Assembly: GCA_963759115.1 (NCBI GenBank)
Contig: CAVWXT010000002.1
Coordinates: 373,557 to 437,556 of the forward strand
Direction: 5' to 3'
DNA length: 64,000 bases
Origin: an uncultured Planctomycetaceae bacterium
GTDB taxonomy: Bacteria > Planctomycetota > Planctomycetia > Pirellulales > Thermoguttaceae
The notes beneath the pieces are model-generated. The model saw only the letters and a program-made list of their open reading frames with translations. It ran no database searches and had not been told where the DNA came from. This document shows, piece by piece, positions 8,393 through 19,560 of this stretch; position 1 is the stretch's first letter, and every line of letters begins with the position of its first letter. The position numbers and the translations under genes were made by a program.

Positions 8393-9724
8393 ATGCCTTA
8401 TTTTCCCAACACCGATGCCGACCGCCGGGCGATGCTCGAAGCGATCGGCGTCCGGTCGATCGACGATCTGCTGGCCATGGTCCCGGCCGAGCTGCGGATG
8501 AAGCGCGAATTGTGCGTGCCGCCGGGCCTGGGCGAGATGGAGCTGACGGCCCACGTCGCCGGGCTGGCGGCGCAGAACACGCCCGCTACGGCCGCCGCCT
8601 GCTTCCTCGGCGGCGGCAGCTACGACCATTTCATCCCCGCCGTGGTCGACGCGGTGGCCGGCCGCAGCGAGTTCTACACCGCCTACACCCCCTATCAGCC
8701 CGAAGCCAGCCAGGGCAGCTTGCAGGCGTTCTTCGAGTACCAGACGCTGATCGCGCAACTGACCGGCATGGACGTCTCGAACGCCAGCCTCTACGACGGC
8801 GGCAGCGCCGTGGCCGAGGCCGTGCTGATGGCCATGCACGCCACGGGCCGCAACCAGGTCGTGACCGCCGCCAGCGTACACCCGGAGTATCGGCAGATTC
8901 TGGCCACGTACCTGGCCAACCTGAACGTTGAGCTCATCACCCTCGGCGCGCCCGAGGGGACAATTTCGCCGGCCGAACTGGCCGCTGCGGTCAACCCGGC
9001 GACGGCCTGCGTGCTGTTGCAGCATCCCAATTTTTTCGGCTGCCTGGAGGAAGTCGAGCAAGCGGCCGAGATCGCCCACAAGGCCGGATCTCTGTTCGTC
9101 GTCTCGGTCGATCCGATCAGCCTGGGGCTCTTGAAGCGGCCGGGCGAATACGGGGCTGACATCGTCGTCGCCGAGGGGCAGTCGCTGGGCAACCCGATGG
9201 CCTTCGGCGGCCCGTACCTGGGAATCATGGCCTGCCGCGAGCAGTTCGTCCGCCGCATGCCCGGCCGGCTGGTCGGCCAGACGGTCGACCGCCGCGGCCG
9301 CCGCTGCTGGGTGCTGACGCTGCAAACCCGCGAGCAGCACATCCGCCGCGAAAAGGCCACGAGCAACATCTGCACCAACCAGGGCCTGTATGCGCTTCGG
9401 GCGACGGTCTACCTGTCGCTGATGGGGCCGGCCGGCATGCGCGACGTGGCCGAGTTGTGTCTGCAAAAGTCTCGCTATGCCGCCGAGCGGCTGGCCGCCG
9501 CGCCGTCGTTCTCGCTCAAGTTCGACCGGCCGACGTTCAAGGAGCTCGTCGTGCGCGTCGAAGGCCGATCCGTGGATGAACTGATTGAGCGCGCCCGGCA
9601 GCGCAACATTTTCGCCGGCGTGCCCTTGGGCCAGTGGTATCCGCACCTGGCCGATTGCCTGTTGGTGGCGGTGACGGAGAAACGAACCAAGGACGAGATC
9701 GATCGGTTGGCGGCCTGTGGTTAG
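8393..9724 (+). CDS. gcvPA: glycine dehydrogenase (decarboxylating) subunit 1, P-protein N-terminal subunit
   Basis: MPYFPNTDADRRAMLEAIGVRSIDDLL... 443 aa, intact. No gcvPB follows. Confidence 0.9.
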   Translation: MPYFPNTDADRRAMLEAIGVRSIDDLLAMVPAELRMKRELCVPPGLGEMELTAHVAGLAAQNTPATAAACFLGGGSYDHFIPAVVDAVAGRSEFYTAYTPYQPEASQGSLQAFFEYQTLIAQLTGMDVSNASLYDGGSAVAEAVLMAMHATGRNQVVTAASVHPEYRQILATYLANLNVELITLGAPEGTISPAELAAAVNPATACVLLQHPNFFGCLEEVEQAAEIAHKAGSLFVVSVDPISLGLLKRPGEYGADIVVAEGQSLGNPMAFGGPYLGIMACREQFVRRMPGRLVGQTVDRRGRRCWVLTLQTREQHIRREKATSNICTNQGLYALRATVYLSLMGPAGMRDVAELCLQKSRYAAERLAAAPSFSLKFDRPTFKELVVRVEGRSVDELIERARQRNIFAGVPLGQWYPHLADCLLVAVTEKRTKDEIDRLAACG

Positions 9725-9864
9725 CCTTCCGTACTCGTCACGCTCCGCGTGACGTTTTCCCTCTCGCGGAGCGAGAGGAGTACGCGGGAAATGCAGAACT
9801 CGTTGATCGATCCTTAGTCGGCAATCGGTTTCGATCAGCGTCGATTAGTGGCAATTAGCGGCGA

Positions 9865-11240
9865 TCAGCGTTCCCTTGACTGCTTCGTAGGTTCTGCATC
9901 GTTCTGCAAGCCGGCCGCGGGCTCGGCAGGCTTTCCCGGATCGGGACTGTGAACATTCGCTGGTCCCGCCGCTGGCGGAGCGTTTTTCGCCTTGAACGGC
10001 TTGGGGGCGAAGGGGTTGTCAGTCTCGCCGCTCGGCTGCCCGGCGGCGGCCTCGCCCACGACCACTTCCGTCCCTTCGTTCACGTCCGGGCCGCTGACCT
10101 CGGTGCGCGTCCCGTCGGTCATACCCACTTGAACCTCGATCGGCCGGACATGCTGCCCGTCCGGTTCCTTCACCCAGAGGCGGCCGAGAATGAGTCGATC
10201 CTTGGCGTCTTTGGCAGCTTCCGGTGTCCCGAGCACTGCCAGCTCCGGCCGCGACGGTTTCCATCGCAGCGCCGCATTGGGCACGCGCAGCACATTGGGC
10301 CGCGTCTCGAAGATGAACTCAAGGTTCGCCGTCATGTAGGGCATCAATTTGCGGCCCGGGTTCTCGCAGGCGACCACCACCGTATACGTGACCACGTTCT
10401 GCGTCATCGCCGCGTTCAGGCGGATCTGCGCCACTTTGCCCTTGAACGTCTCCCTGGGAAACGCATCGACGGTGAACCGCACGTCCATCCCGTTCTTGAT
10501 CCGGGCGATGTCGGCCTCGTTGACCGCAGGCCAGACCTGCAGCTTGCCGAGGTCCGTGGCGATCAGGAAGAGGCTCGGCCCACCGGGCGCCACGTTCTGG
10601 CCCACGTTGACGCGGCGATCAATAATCACGCCTTTCACCGGCGATATGATGGTCGTGAAGTCAAGATTGGTCTCGGCTCGCGTGAGAACGATCTTCGCTT
10701 GTTCGACGGCCGCTTCGCCGCCGGTCACGCCGGCCTTGGTCGTCTTGTAATCGGTCTCGGCCTGGTCATAATCAATGTCGTTGATGGCCTTGGTATTGCG
10801 CAAGACCTGCACCGCTTCCATCCCTTCTCGGCTTGATCGAGTTTGGCCTTGAGTTGCAGCAAATCGGCCTTGGCGCGCAGCAGGGCCGCCGCGGCCTCGT
10901 CGCGCGCCCCCTGATACACAGTTGGGTCGATCCTCGCCAGAATCATGTTCTTCTCGACCGGCGAATTGTAGTCGATTGTCTTGCCCTTGTAGTTCGGATC
11001 GGTCTGGCCGCGGGGATCAAGGCCGAACTGGATGACTCGCCCGGCCACTTGGGCCCCCACGTCAATCACCTCTTCGGGCTCGACCGTTCCCGTAGCGCTG
11101 ATCGTGGCCACGATATCGCCGCGGGTTACGGCGGCCGTGCGGAAGGTGGTTGGTTCTGAAGCTCCCTTACTGGTCGGCGGCGTCAGAGTCGGAGCTTTCT
11201 TGCCAGTCGGCGGAGGCGACGTCGGGCTTGACTCTGGCTC
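9865..11240 (-). CDS. HlyD/MFP-family efflux periplasmic adaptor (MacA-like), copy 2; frameshift near 10800
   Basis: An N-terminal part (TRGDIVATISATGTVEPEEVIDVGAQVAGRV...coiled coil LRAKADLLQLKAKLDQAEK) in the 10725..11897 frame continues into the C-terminal beta-barrel part (NLDFTTIISPVKGVIIDRRVNVGQNV...RFTVDAFP) in the 9865..10821 frame. Confidence 0.6.
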
Positions 11241-12400
11241 CAGTGCGACCGGCTTGACGGTCATCCCCGGCCGCAGGTTCTGGATGCCGGACGTGACAAC
11301 CCAATCATCGGCGGTCAACCCGTCCGTCACGATATGCAGTCTGTCGTCCTGTAGCGGTCCCACCTGCACTTCGTGGTACTCGACGATGTTCTTGTCACTT
11401 ACGACGTACACGAACCTCTGTCGTTGGTCGCGTCCGATCGCTCTCTCTGGCACCAGCAGCGCCTTGTGGGGCGCGCTGGTCACGAGCCGCACGCGGGCGA
11501 ACAGGCCGGGCATGAGAACGCCATCGGGGTTCGGCAGCAACGCCCGCCAATGGGCCGAGCCGGTGTTCGGATCAATTTGATTCGCCGTTGACTCCAACTT
11601 GCCGTGGCGCGGAAAGCCCTTCTCGTCGCCCACCCCGCATTGGACCGATAGTTTCGACTCCGGGCCAGCCTTGTTATCGCCCGCGCGACGGAGTTTCAGA
11701 ATGGTGCGCTCATCGACGGCAAAGGTGACGCACATCGGATCGACCAAGACGATCGTGGCCAATAGCGTCTTCTCCGCCGTCACGAGGTTGCCTGCGTCGA
11801 CCTGGGAGCGGCTGATCCGACCGCCGATCGGCGCAGACACTTTGGTGAAGTCCAAGTTCAGTGCGGCGAGGCTCAACGCGGCCTTCGCCGCTCGCACGGC
11901 CTCCGCGGCCTCTTGCGCTGACTGGCGATCCGATCGACTTCCGGCTGTGCGACGGTGCCGGGCGTTTTCTCGTTCGCCTGCTTTGCCCGCTTCAGGTCGG
12001 CGTCGGCCCGATCCAATCGGAGTTGCGCAACCCGCTCCTCTCCCGTACGTTGGTCGACTTCAAGCAGATACTGTCGCGGGTCGATCTCGAACAACAGTTC
12101 GCCCGGCTTGACCGTCGTCCCGTCCTTGAAGAGGGTCTTGATGAGATGGCCGGTAGCGCGGCGCGGACCTCGACGACTCGGGCCGCTTCGATCCGGCCCG
12201 CGAAATCCTCGTGATCGGTGACTTCGCGGAGCACCGGCCGCGCGACGGTAACCGTGGGCGGCGTTTCGGTGGTTTTGGCCGGCGCGGATTGGCGCGAGGG
12301 GTCTCACTCATTTTCATTTTGGTTACCGGGGGCGGCTCGGTGGACTTCGATTGGCCGGGCAACTTAATGTCGATTCGACCGTCGTCGCCGACGGTCGCAC
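11240..12400 (-). CDS. HlyD/MFP-family efflux periplasmic adaptor, copy 1; several frameshifts near the N-terminus; start uncertain
   Basis: Across three frames it reads PVLREVTDHEDFAGRIEAARVVEVRA, then LFKDGTTVKPGELLFEIDPRQYLLEVDQ...AQLRLDRADADLKRAK, then LNLDFTKVSAPIGGRISRSQVDAGNLV...VKPVALEPE. Confidence 0.5.
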
Positions 12401-12546
12401 TGCTACCGTCGGGGATTTCGACGCTGGATTTCTGCCCGTCTCTCGTGATGGTGATTATGATCCCCAGAGCGAAGCCAAAACCGCCGACGAACAGCAGCAG
12501 CACGATGAGTGTTACAATACGAACGCCAACCGTGCAACGCCGCGAG

Positions 12547-12650
12547 CGGCTGCGGTGAACTTTTGCCCTCACCCCGACCCTCTCCCGGCGGGAGAGGGGA
12601 CCGAGGCGCGCCGCCCTCACCCTGGCCCTCTCCCGGCGGGAGAGGGGACG
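12547..12650. repeat. two tandem copies of the CCCTCACC...CCCTCTCCCGGCGGGAGAGGG palindromic repeat (family E)
   Basis: The same element occurs in the opposite orientation at 19513..19560. Here it lies in the junction or C-terminal tail region of the kinase gene. Confidence 0.55.
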
Positions 12651-12659
12651 ATTCTCTTG

Positions 12660-14033
12660 TTTCGACCGCTTGTCGCAACAGCGCCGGCAAATCCGCGCCG
12701 GCGCAGAACGGAGCCAATGCCTCGGCCACTTCGGCCGGCGTGGCGTATCGCGATTCGGCGCGGGTCTTTGGCCAACATGCGATCCAGCACGGCCGCCAAG
12801 CCCGTCGGGAATCTCCGGGCAAAACTGGCGGATCGGCGGGATCGGCTCCTGGCGATGGGCCAGCATCTTGTCGAACGTGCCCTGGTACTCCGGCCCGCTG
12901 AACGGGGCCCGGCCGGAAAGCAGCTTGTAGAGCGTGGCCCCGAGGCTGTAGATGTCGGCGCGGATATCGACCGCCCGGCTGTCGGAGGCCTGCTCGGGGG
13001 CCATGTAGTCGGCCGTGCCCATCGCCTGGCCCGTGCCGGTCATATCGTCTTCGGGCGGCTCAAAGGCTGAAGGGGACAGTCCCATTTTTGCGGCGGCTCG
13101 GATCCGTTGGAGAAGCAACGTTGCTGGGCCGGCAAATTGGGACAGTCCCCCGTTGCGAATCGGGCCAGCCCCAGGTCGAGCAGCTTCACTTGGCCCTCGG
13201 GCGTGAGCATCAGGTTCGAGGCTTGAGTCGCGGTGGACCAGGCCGTGTTCGTGGGCGGCCTGCAGGCCCAGGGCCGCTTGCCGGGCCAGCTCGCAGGCGT
13301 CGGCCACGGGGATCGGGCCGGAAAGGGGACAGCCTTGTGCGCAGCACCCTCGGGTCGTTCCGGCAAATGGCGCTGTCCCCTTTTCCGGCCCAGCCGGCGG
13401 ACGATTTCCGCCAGGTCGAGCCCCTCGACGAACTCCATGACCAGCACCAGCCGGCCTTCGATTTCGCGGGCGTCGTAGGCGCGGACGATGTGGGGATGAT
13501 CGAGCCGGCCGATGGCCTTCATCTCCCGCTCGAAGCGGACGACCGCCCGCGGGTCGTCGGTCCGGCCGCGCGGCAGGACCTTCAGGGCGACGACCCGATC
13601 GAGCCGGTTGTGCAGGGCCTTGTAGACCGTGCCCATGCCGCCGCTGCCCAGCCGCTCGATCAAGCTGGTACTCGCCGAGTTGCTGGGGCAACGAGGGCTC
13701 GGAAGTGCCCGGCAACGTTTCGTCGCGGGGGGCGGCAGTGCCGCCGCCACTCCAACGCTGCGAATCGGCGGCCGCCTCGACTCCACCCAACGCCGCCTTC
13801 GCCCGGGCAACGGCCTGGCCGCACTCGGGCTCATCCAGAACGGGTCCGGCGCGATCGGCGCCGCGAAGCCGGGCGACCAGCGTGTCGTCGGCGTCGGCCA
13901 GCGTGGCCAACTCGGCCTGGCAATCCGGGCAGGATTCCAGGTGGCCGGCCAAGGAGTCGGAGGCGTCGTCGGGCAGCTTGCCGACGAGATAATCCATCAG
14001 TTGCTCGCGGCTCGGGCAGGTTGCGGTTGGCAT
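12660..14033 (-). CDS. Ser/Thr protein kinase with N-terminal anti-sigma-like zinc-finger domain; at least 5 frame changes plus repeat insertions; possibly a pseudogene
   Basis: The N-terminus MPTATCPSREQLMDYLVGKLPDDASDSLAGHLESCPDCQAEL is anti-sigma-factor-like. The kinase motifs LGSGGMGTVYKA, HEHGLVHRD, NLMLTPEGQVKLLDLGLARF, GTADYMAPEQ and LDRMLAKDP are spread over three frames. GGGGACAG elements sit at 13068..13153 and 13313..13372. Confidence 0.55.
13068..13153. repeat. GGGGACAG-family palindromic element inside the kinase gene
   Basis: GAAGGGGACAGTCCCATTTTTGC ... GCAAATTGGGACAGTCCCCC; the reading frame changes across it. Confidence 0.55.
13313..13372. repeat. GGGGACAG-family palindromic element inside the kinase gene
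   Basis: CCGGAAAGGGGACAGCC ... GGCGCTGTCCCCTTTTCCGG. On the coding strand it translates to GRKRGQRHLPERPEGAAHKAVPFPA, the same peptide family as rnr copy 2. Confidence 0.55.
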
Positions 14034-14241
14034 GGCGCAGTTCCTTGGGAAGAGCGGTATCTGTAGGACAGGTTGCTAACCTGTCGGGACAGGGCTTTGG
14101 GCTTTGGTCTTGGGGCTTCGGTCTTTGGGCTTAGACCCAAGGTCCAAGGCCGAAGTCCGAAGGCCCAAGCTCGAAGACCCCTCTATAAGGACTAACGGAG
14201 TCATTTGACACCATTTTCCCACCACCCCTTCACGGAACCAA

Positions 14242-14874
14242 TCACTCCAGCAGCCCCTGCAACTGCTCGCGGAGCCGCCGCAGCACGCGGGACTTCGCCT
14301 TGTAGACCGCCATGAGGCTGAGGCCCAAGGCGGAGGCAACCTCGTCGGGCGACTGGCCGTCGACCACGATCCGCCAAAAGGCATCCCAGGTGCGGTTCTC
14401 GAACTCGACCCGCACCAGATCCAACATGCGGCGGAGGAAGCCGGCGTCGGTTTCCATGCGCTCGGCCCGACTGCCCGAGACCGATTCGTCGACTGCTTCG
14501 GCCAGGTTCAGGAGTTGCTCGTAGGCGTGCGTGCCCCCTTCGGCATCGGGTTGGCAAAGGCGCTGGCGGTAGAGATCGCAGACCTTGTTGCGGGTGATCG
14601 TCCGCAGCCAGGCCCCGAAACTGTCGTCCGGCCGGTCGCGGCGGAACTGATCGAGATGGGCCGCGACGGCGCCAAAAACCTCTTGGGCGACGTCGGCGGC
14701 GTCGGTGCGATCCACCCCCAGTTGGCGACACCAGCGATAGACGACCGGTCCGTAGAGATCGACCAGCCGCTGCCAGGCCTCGGGCCGCCGGGCGCGAATC
14801 CGCTCCAGCAGCGTCGAGGAGATCGAACTCGGCTGCGATCCGCCGTTCCGGCTGCTGTCGATCCGCGCGTTCAT
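14242..14874 (-). CDS. ECF (sigma-70 family group 4) RNA polymerase sigma factor
   Basis: MNARIDSS...LERIRARRPEAWQRLVDLYGPVVYRWCR (region 2) ... SPDEVASALGLSLMAVYKAKSRVLRRLREQL (region 4 HTH). The longer GTG-initiated extension would include the family-B palindrome at 14917..14941. Confidence 0.8.
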   Translation of the reverse strand: MNARIDSSRNGGSQPSSISSTLLERIRARRPEAWQRLVDLYGPVVYRWCRQLGVDRTDAADVAQEVFGAVAAHLDQFRRDRPDDSFGAWLRTITRNKVCDLYRQRLCQPDAEGGTHAYEQLLNLAEAVDESVSGSRAERMETDAGFLRRMLDLVRVEFENRTWDAFWRIVVDGQSPDEVASALGLSLMAVYKAKSRVLRRLREQLQGLLE

Positions 14875-14996
14875 TGGCCCCCCGTCCGTCCACAATAGAG
14901 CGGATTTCAATCCGCTTGAACGGAACGAATTCCGTTCTACCAGGCTTCTAAGCCTCCTTCGATTGTAATGCGGGGGAAGACGGAGGCCAAGCGCGC

Positions 14997-16427
14997 TCAC
15001 TCGCCCAACTGCGACTTTCGCCGCAAGAGGTGATGATAGTGTTGGGCGAAACGGTGGGCCTCGTCGCGGACGTATTGCAGCAGCCGCAGGGCATAACTGT
15101 GCCGGCTCAGACGCAACGGCTCGTCGGCCTCCGGCGTGAAGACCAGTTCTTCGCGCTTGGCCAAGGAAATCACGATCGTTCGGCCTTCCCGTGTGCCACT
15201 GCCGGCTTGCCCAGCAGTGTTCGTACGAGGACGGAATCCGGCGTCGCTTTCGGCACTGCCGGACAAGCCGGCAGCTGGCACGCCAGCGCCGCCAGCGCCG
15301 CGTTGAGTTGCCCCTGGCCGCCGTCGATCAACAGGATGTCGGGCGGCGTTTCGCCTTCCTGCCGGATGTGCTGGAACCGCCGGGCGACGGCCTCGTGGAT
15401 GCTGGCCACGTCGTCGGGCCCTGCCACGCTGCGAATCTTCATCCGCCTGTAGCCCGGCTTGAACGGCAGGCCGTCGATGAACTGCACCACGCTGGCCACC
15501 GTCTCCGTGCCGGCCAGTGTGGGCGATGTCGATGCCTTCGATCGTCCGCGGCCGCTTCTCCAGGTGCAGCACCTTCTTGCAGCCCGGCCAGCCCGCGCTT
15601 CGGGTCGATCGGGAAAGACCTCGGGCTGGACGTGCGTTTCCAGTTCGCCGCGGTCGTCGAGCGATTCGAGCATGTCGATTTCGTCGCGCAGCCGGCCGGC
15701 CTCCTCGAATCGCAGCTCCTTGGCCGCGGCGGCCATCTCCTCGCGCATCTCGCCGAGCAGCCGGTTCTTGCCGCCTTCGAGAAACCGCTGGAGGCGGTGG
15801 ATGTCTCTTGCGATATTCTTCCTTCGAGATTCGCAAATTGCACGGCGCCGTGCATTGGCCGATCGAGTGCAGCAGGCAGGGGCGGAACCACCGCCAGCGC
15901 TTGTCGCTCTCGTCGATATCCAGCGTGCAGGTGCGGAACTTGAAAATCTTCTGCAACACCTGGATCGCCCCGCGCAGGCCGCGGGGATTGGCGAACGGCC
16001 CGTAGAGCTTCGTGCCCCGCGCCTTCGGCTCGCGGGTGAAACGCACGCGGGGAAAATCCTCGTGCGTGAAAATCTCCAGGTAAGGAAACGTCTTGTCGTC
16101 GCGCAGGTCGCGGTTGAACTTCGGCAGGATGTCCTTGATCAGCCGGGCTTCCATCAGCAGGGCGTCGATTTCGCTCTCGGCGTCGAGATAGTCGATGTCG
16201 CGGATTTCCAGGACGAGCTTGGCGGTCCGCGGGTCTTCGGCGGCCGCCTTCAAGAAGTAGCTGCCCGCCCGGGCGCGGAGGTTCTTCGCCTTGCCCACGT
16301 AGATCACCCGGCCGGCGTCGTCCTTCATCAGGTAGACGCCGGGCGTCTGCGGGAAGGAGCGGACCTTCTCGGCAGCCAAGGAGTTGTCGGCGGGGGGAAG
16401 GGTTTCAGCCATCTCTTTCATTTTCAC
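14997..16427 (-). CDS. uvrC: excinuclease ABC subunit C (UvrC), several 1-bp frameshifts clustered at 15540-15600 plus about 15190 and about 15830
   Basis: GIY-YIG N-terminus (GVYLMKDDAGRVIYVGKAKNLRAR); the middle part (RLRDEIDMLESL..FPIDPKRGLAGLQKVLHLEKRPRTIEGIDIAHLAGTETVASVV) is spread over three frames; the C-terminal HhH (HSYALRLLQYVRDEAHRFAQ) is in the first frame again. Confidence 0.75.
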   Translation of the reverse strand: MKMKEMAETLPPADNSLAAEKVRSFPQTPGVYLMKDDAGRVIYVGKAKNLRARAGSYFLKAAAEDPRTAKLVLEIRDIDYLDAESEIDALLMEARLIKDILPKFNRDLRDDKTFPYLEIFTHEDFPRVRFTREPKARGTKLYGPFANPRGLRGAIQVLQKIFKFRTCTLDIDESDKRWRWFRPCLLHSIGQCTAPCNLRISKEEYRKRHPPPPAVSRRRQEPAARRDARGDGRRGQGAAIRGGRPAARRNRHARIARRPRRTGNARPARGLSRSTRSAGWPGCKKVLHLEKRPRTIEGIDIAHTGRHGDGGQRGAVHRRPAVQAGLQADEDSQRGRARRRGQHPRGRRPAVPAHPAGRRNAARHPVDRRRPGATQRGAGGAGVPAAGLSGSAESDAGFRPRTNTAGQAGSGTREGRTIVISLAKREELVFTPEADEPLRLSRHSYALRLLQYVRDEAHRFAQHYHHLLRRKSQLGE

Positions 16428-16451
16428 TCGAGTCGCGCGTGAAAGAAAGGC

Positions 16452-16486
16452 TTGACGGGAATCTGTTTCGACAGATACAATTACAA
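16452..16486 (+). promoter_or_regulatory. sigma-70-like promoter (TTGACG-N18-TACAAT) for the small gene at 16508
   Basis: cTTGACGggaatctgtttcgacagaTACAATgctatcgacGGAGGcatccc ATG. Confidence 0.45.
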
Positions 16487-16507
16487 TGCTATCGACGGAG
16501 GCATCCC

Positions 16508-16741
16508 ATGCGAGCCGAGGAAATCCGCAATGCCCAACGGGCGCAGCCGTTTCTCCCCTTCACCATGCACTTGGCCGATGGTCGGGAATTCACGGTAGTT
16601 CATCCTGACTTTCTTTGGGTTAGCAGAGGCGGCCGCTTTGCCATTGTCGAGGACTTGGCCGGCAATTCGGAGCATATCGACCCGCTGATGGTCGTCAGTT
16701 TGACCATCCCGACAGGGCGAGCGGAATCGCCGACCACTTGA
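16508..16741 (+). CDS. small hypothetical protein (77 aa)
   Basis: MRAEEIRNAQRAQPFLPFTMHLADGREFTVVHPDFLWVSRGGRFAIVEDL...; GGAGG RBS and a good promoter upstream. Confidence 0.5.
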   Translation: MRAEEIRNAQRAQPFLPFTMHLADGREFTVVHPDFLWVSRGGRFAIVEDLAGNSEHIDPLMVVSLTIPTGRAESPTT

Positions 16742-16799
16742 GCGTCGCACCTCCCGCAAGGCTGCCTGTTCCGCTTCCCTGGTGAAACGCACGGTAAAC

Positions 16800-17063
16800 G
16801 GCTTCGCGCGTCGTCTCCCAGCACTTCTTCCAAGGAGAGCACGTCGCCGCGTTTCACTTGGGCTATCGAACGTTTCATGCCGGCGCGAAGGCCGGGGATC
16901 GAGAGCAATTCGAGCGACTCGATGAGACTCTCGTAGTCTTCCTCGGACATCAGCACCACCGACCCTTTGGGATCGCGGATGCGATAGACCGTGTGCCCCG
17001 CGTGGTGCGCCTAACCAAGGCGAAGAACCTCCTTCGCGCGTCGGTGGCCGATATCGTTGTCAT
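16800..17063 (-). CDS. Phd/YefM-family antitoxin, frameshifted near 16985; no intact toxin downstream
   Basis: MTTISATDARRRF.. then frame +1 gives GHTVYRIRDPKGSVVLMSEEDYESLIESLELLSIPGL; AAGGAG RBS. Confidence 0.45.
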
Positions 17064-17358
17064 GACGGGCTCCTTTAATGTATGCGGACAGCCAATTATT
17101 TTCTGACATGGGGACTACCACGTCAACCTGTCAAATTGGCAGATGCTCAGCCGCCTTCCCGAGGCCTTTTGCCAGCCTTGGCGAGCGACAACGGGCGACA
17201 AACCCGCACAAATCGGTCTAACTCCCATACTCCAAGCGGGTTACGCCAACCGCCGGCGTTTTGGCGCGCCAATTGCTTCGCTTGCTGCGCGGCGTTATCG
17301 TGCGCGCCGCTTTGGCAGACGGAATCCCCTTACCGAGCAGTTTCGGAGACAACCACGC

Positions 17359-17682
17359 ATGGCAAAGAAGAAAGAATCATCGGACCCAGGCAAGATCAAG
17401 CTTCAGCCGTTGGGCGACCGGGTGGTCGTCGAGCGCGACGAGTCGGAGAAGGTCACCGCCGGCGGCATCGTCCTGCCCGACACCGCCAAGGACAAGCCCA
17501 CCCGCGGCAAGGTGGTCAGCGTCGGCGACGGCCGCCTGCTGGACAACGGCCAGCGCAGCCCGCTGCAAGTCAAGGTCGGCGATCACGTATTGTTCACCTC
17601 CTACGCCGGCGACACGTTCAAGCTGGGCACCCGCGAACTGCTGCTGTTGCGCAAAGAGGACATCCTGGCCGTCATCAAGTAA
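17359..17682 (+). CDS. groES: co-chaperonin GroES
   Basis: MAKKKESSDPGKIKLQPLGDRVVVERDESEKVTAGGIVLPDTAKDKPTRGKVVSVGDG... Confidence 0.92.
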   Translation: MAKKKESSDPGKIKLQPLGDRVVVERDESEKVTAGGIVLPDTAKDKPTRGKVVSVGDGRLLDNGQRSPLQVKVGDHVLFTSYAGDTFKLGTRELLLLRKEDILAVIK

Positions 17683-17693
17683 TCCACAACCTG

Positions 17694-19453
<1,760 letters not shown>

Positions 19454-19454
<1 letters not shown>

Positions 19455-19560
19455 CACAAAGCCGCGACCGGTGGTCGCGTCAGAGGGATTAGGGATTAGG
19501 GATTAGGGATTGGCTTCGCTCTCTCCCCTCTCCCTCCGGGAGAGGGGCAGGGGGTGAGGG
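19454..19560. repeat. composite repeat cluster after groEL: GCGACCGGTGGTCGC hairpin, (GGGATTA)x4 heptamer array, and a family-E palindrome
   Basis: aaagccGCGACCGGTGGTCGCgtcaga / gggattagggattagggattagggattgg / cccctctccctccgggagaggggcagggggtgaggg. Confidence 0.6.

Noticed and set aside
8375-9646. 423-aa minus-strand ORF
   Set aside because: Antisense shadow of gcvPA; composition typical of a non-coding frame in GC-rich DNA.
16481-16792. Toxin partner for the YefM-like antitoxin
   Set aside because: No RelE/YoeB/ParE-like sequence in any frame downstream of the antitoxin. The plus-strand small gene 16508..16741 has a clean promoter and RBS and is preferred.
17082-17358. CIRCE (TTAGCACTC-N9-GAGTGCTAA) or sigma-32 promoter upstream of groES
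   Set aside because: No match to CIRCE. Only weak TGGCAG repeats were seen, and no -24/-12 or sigma-32 consensus could be supported.
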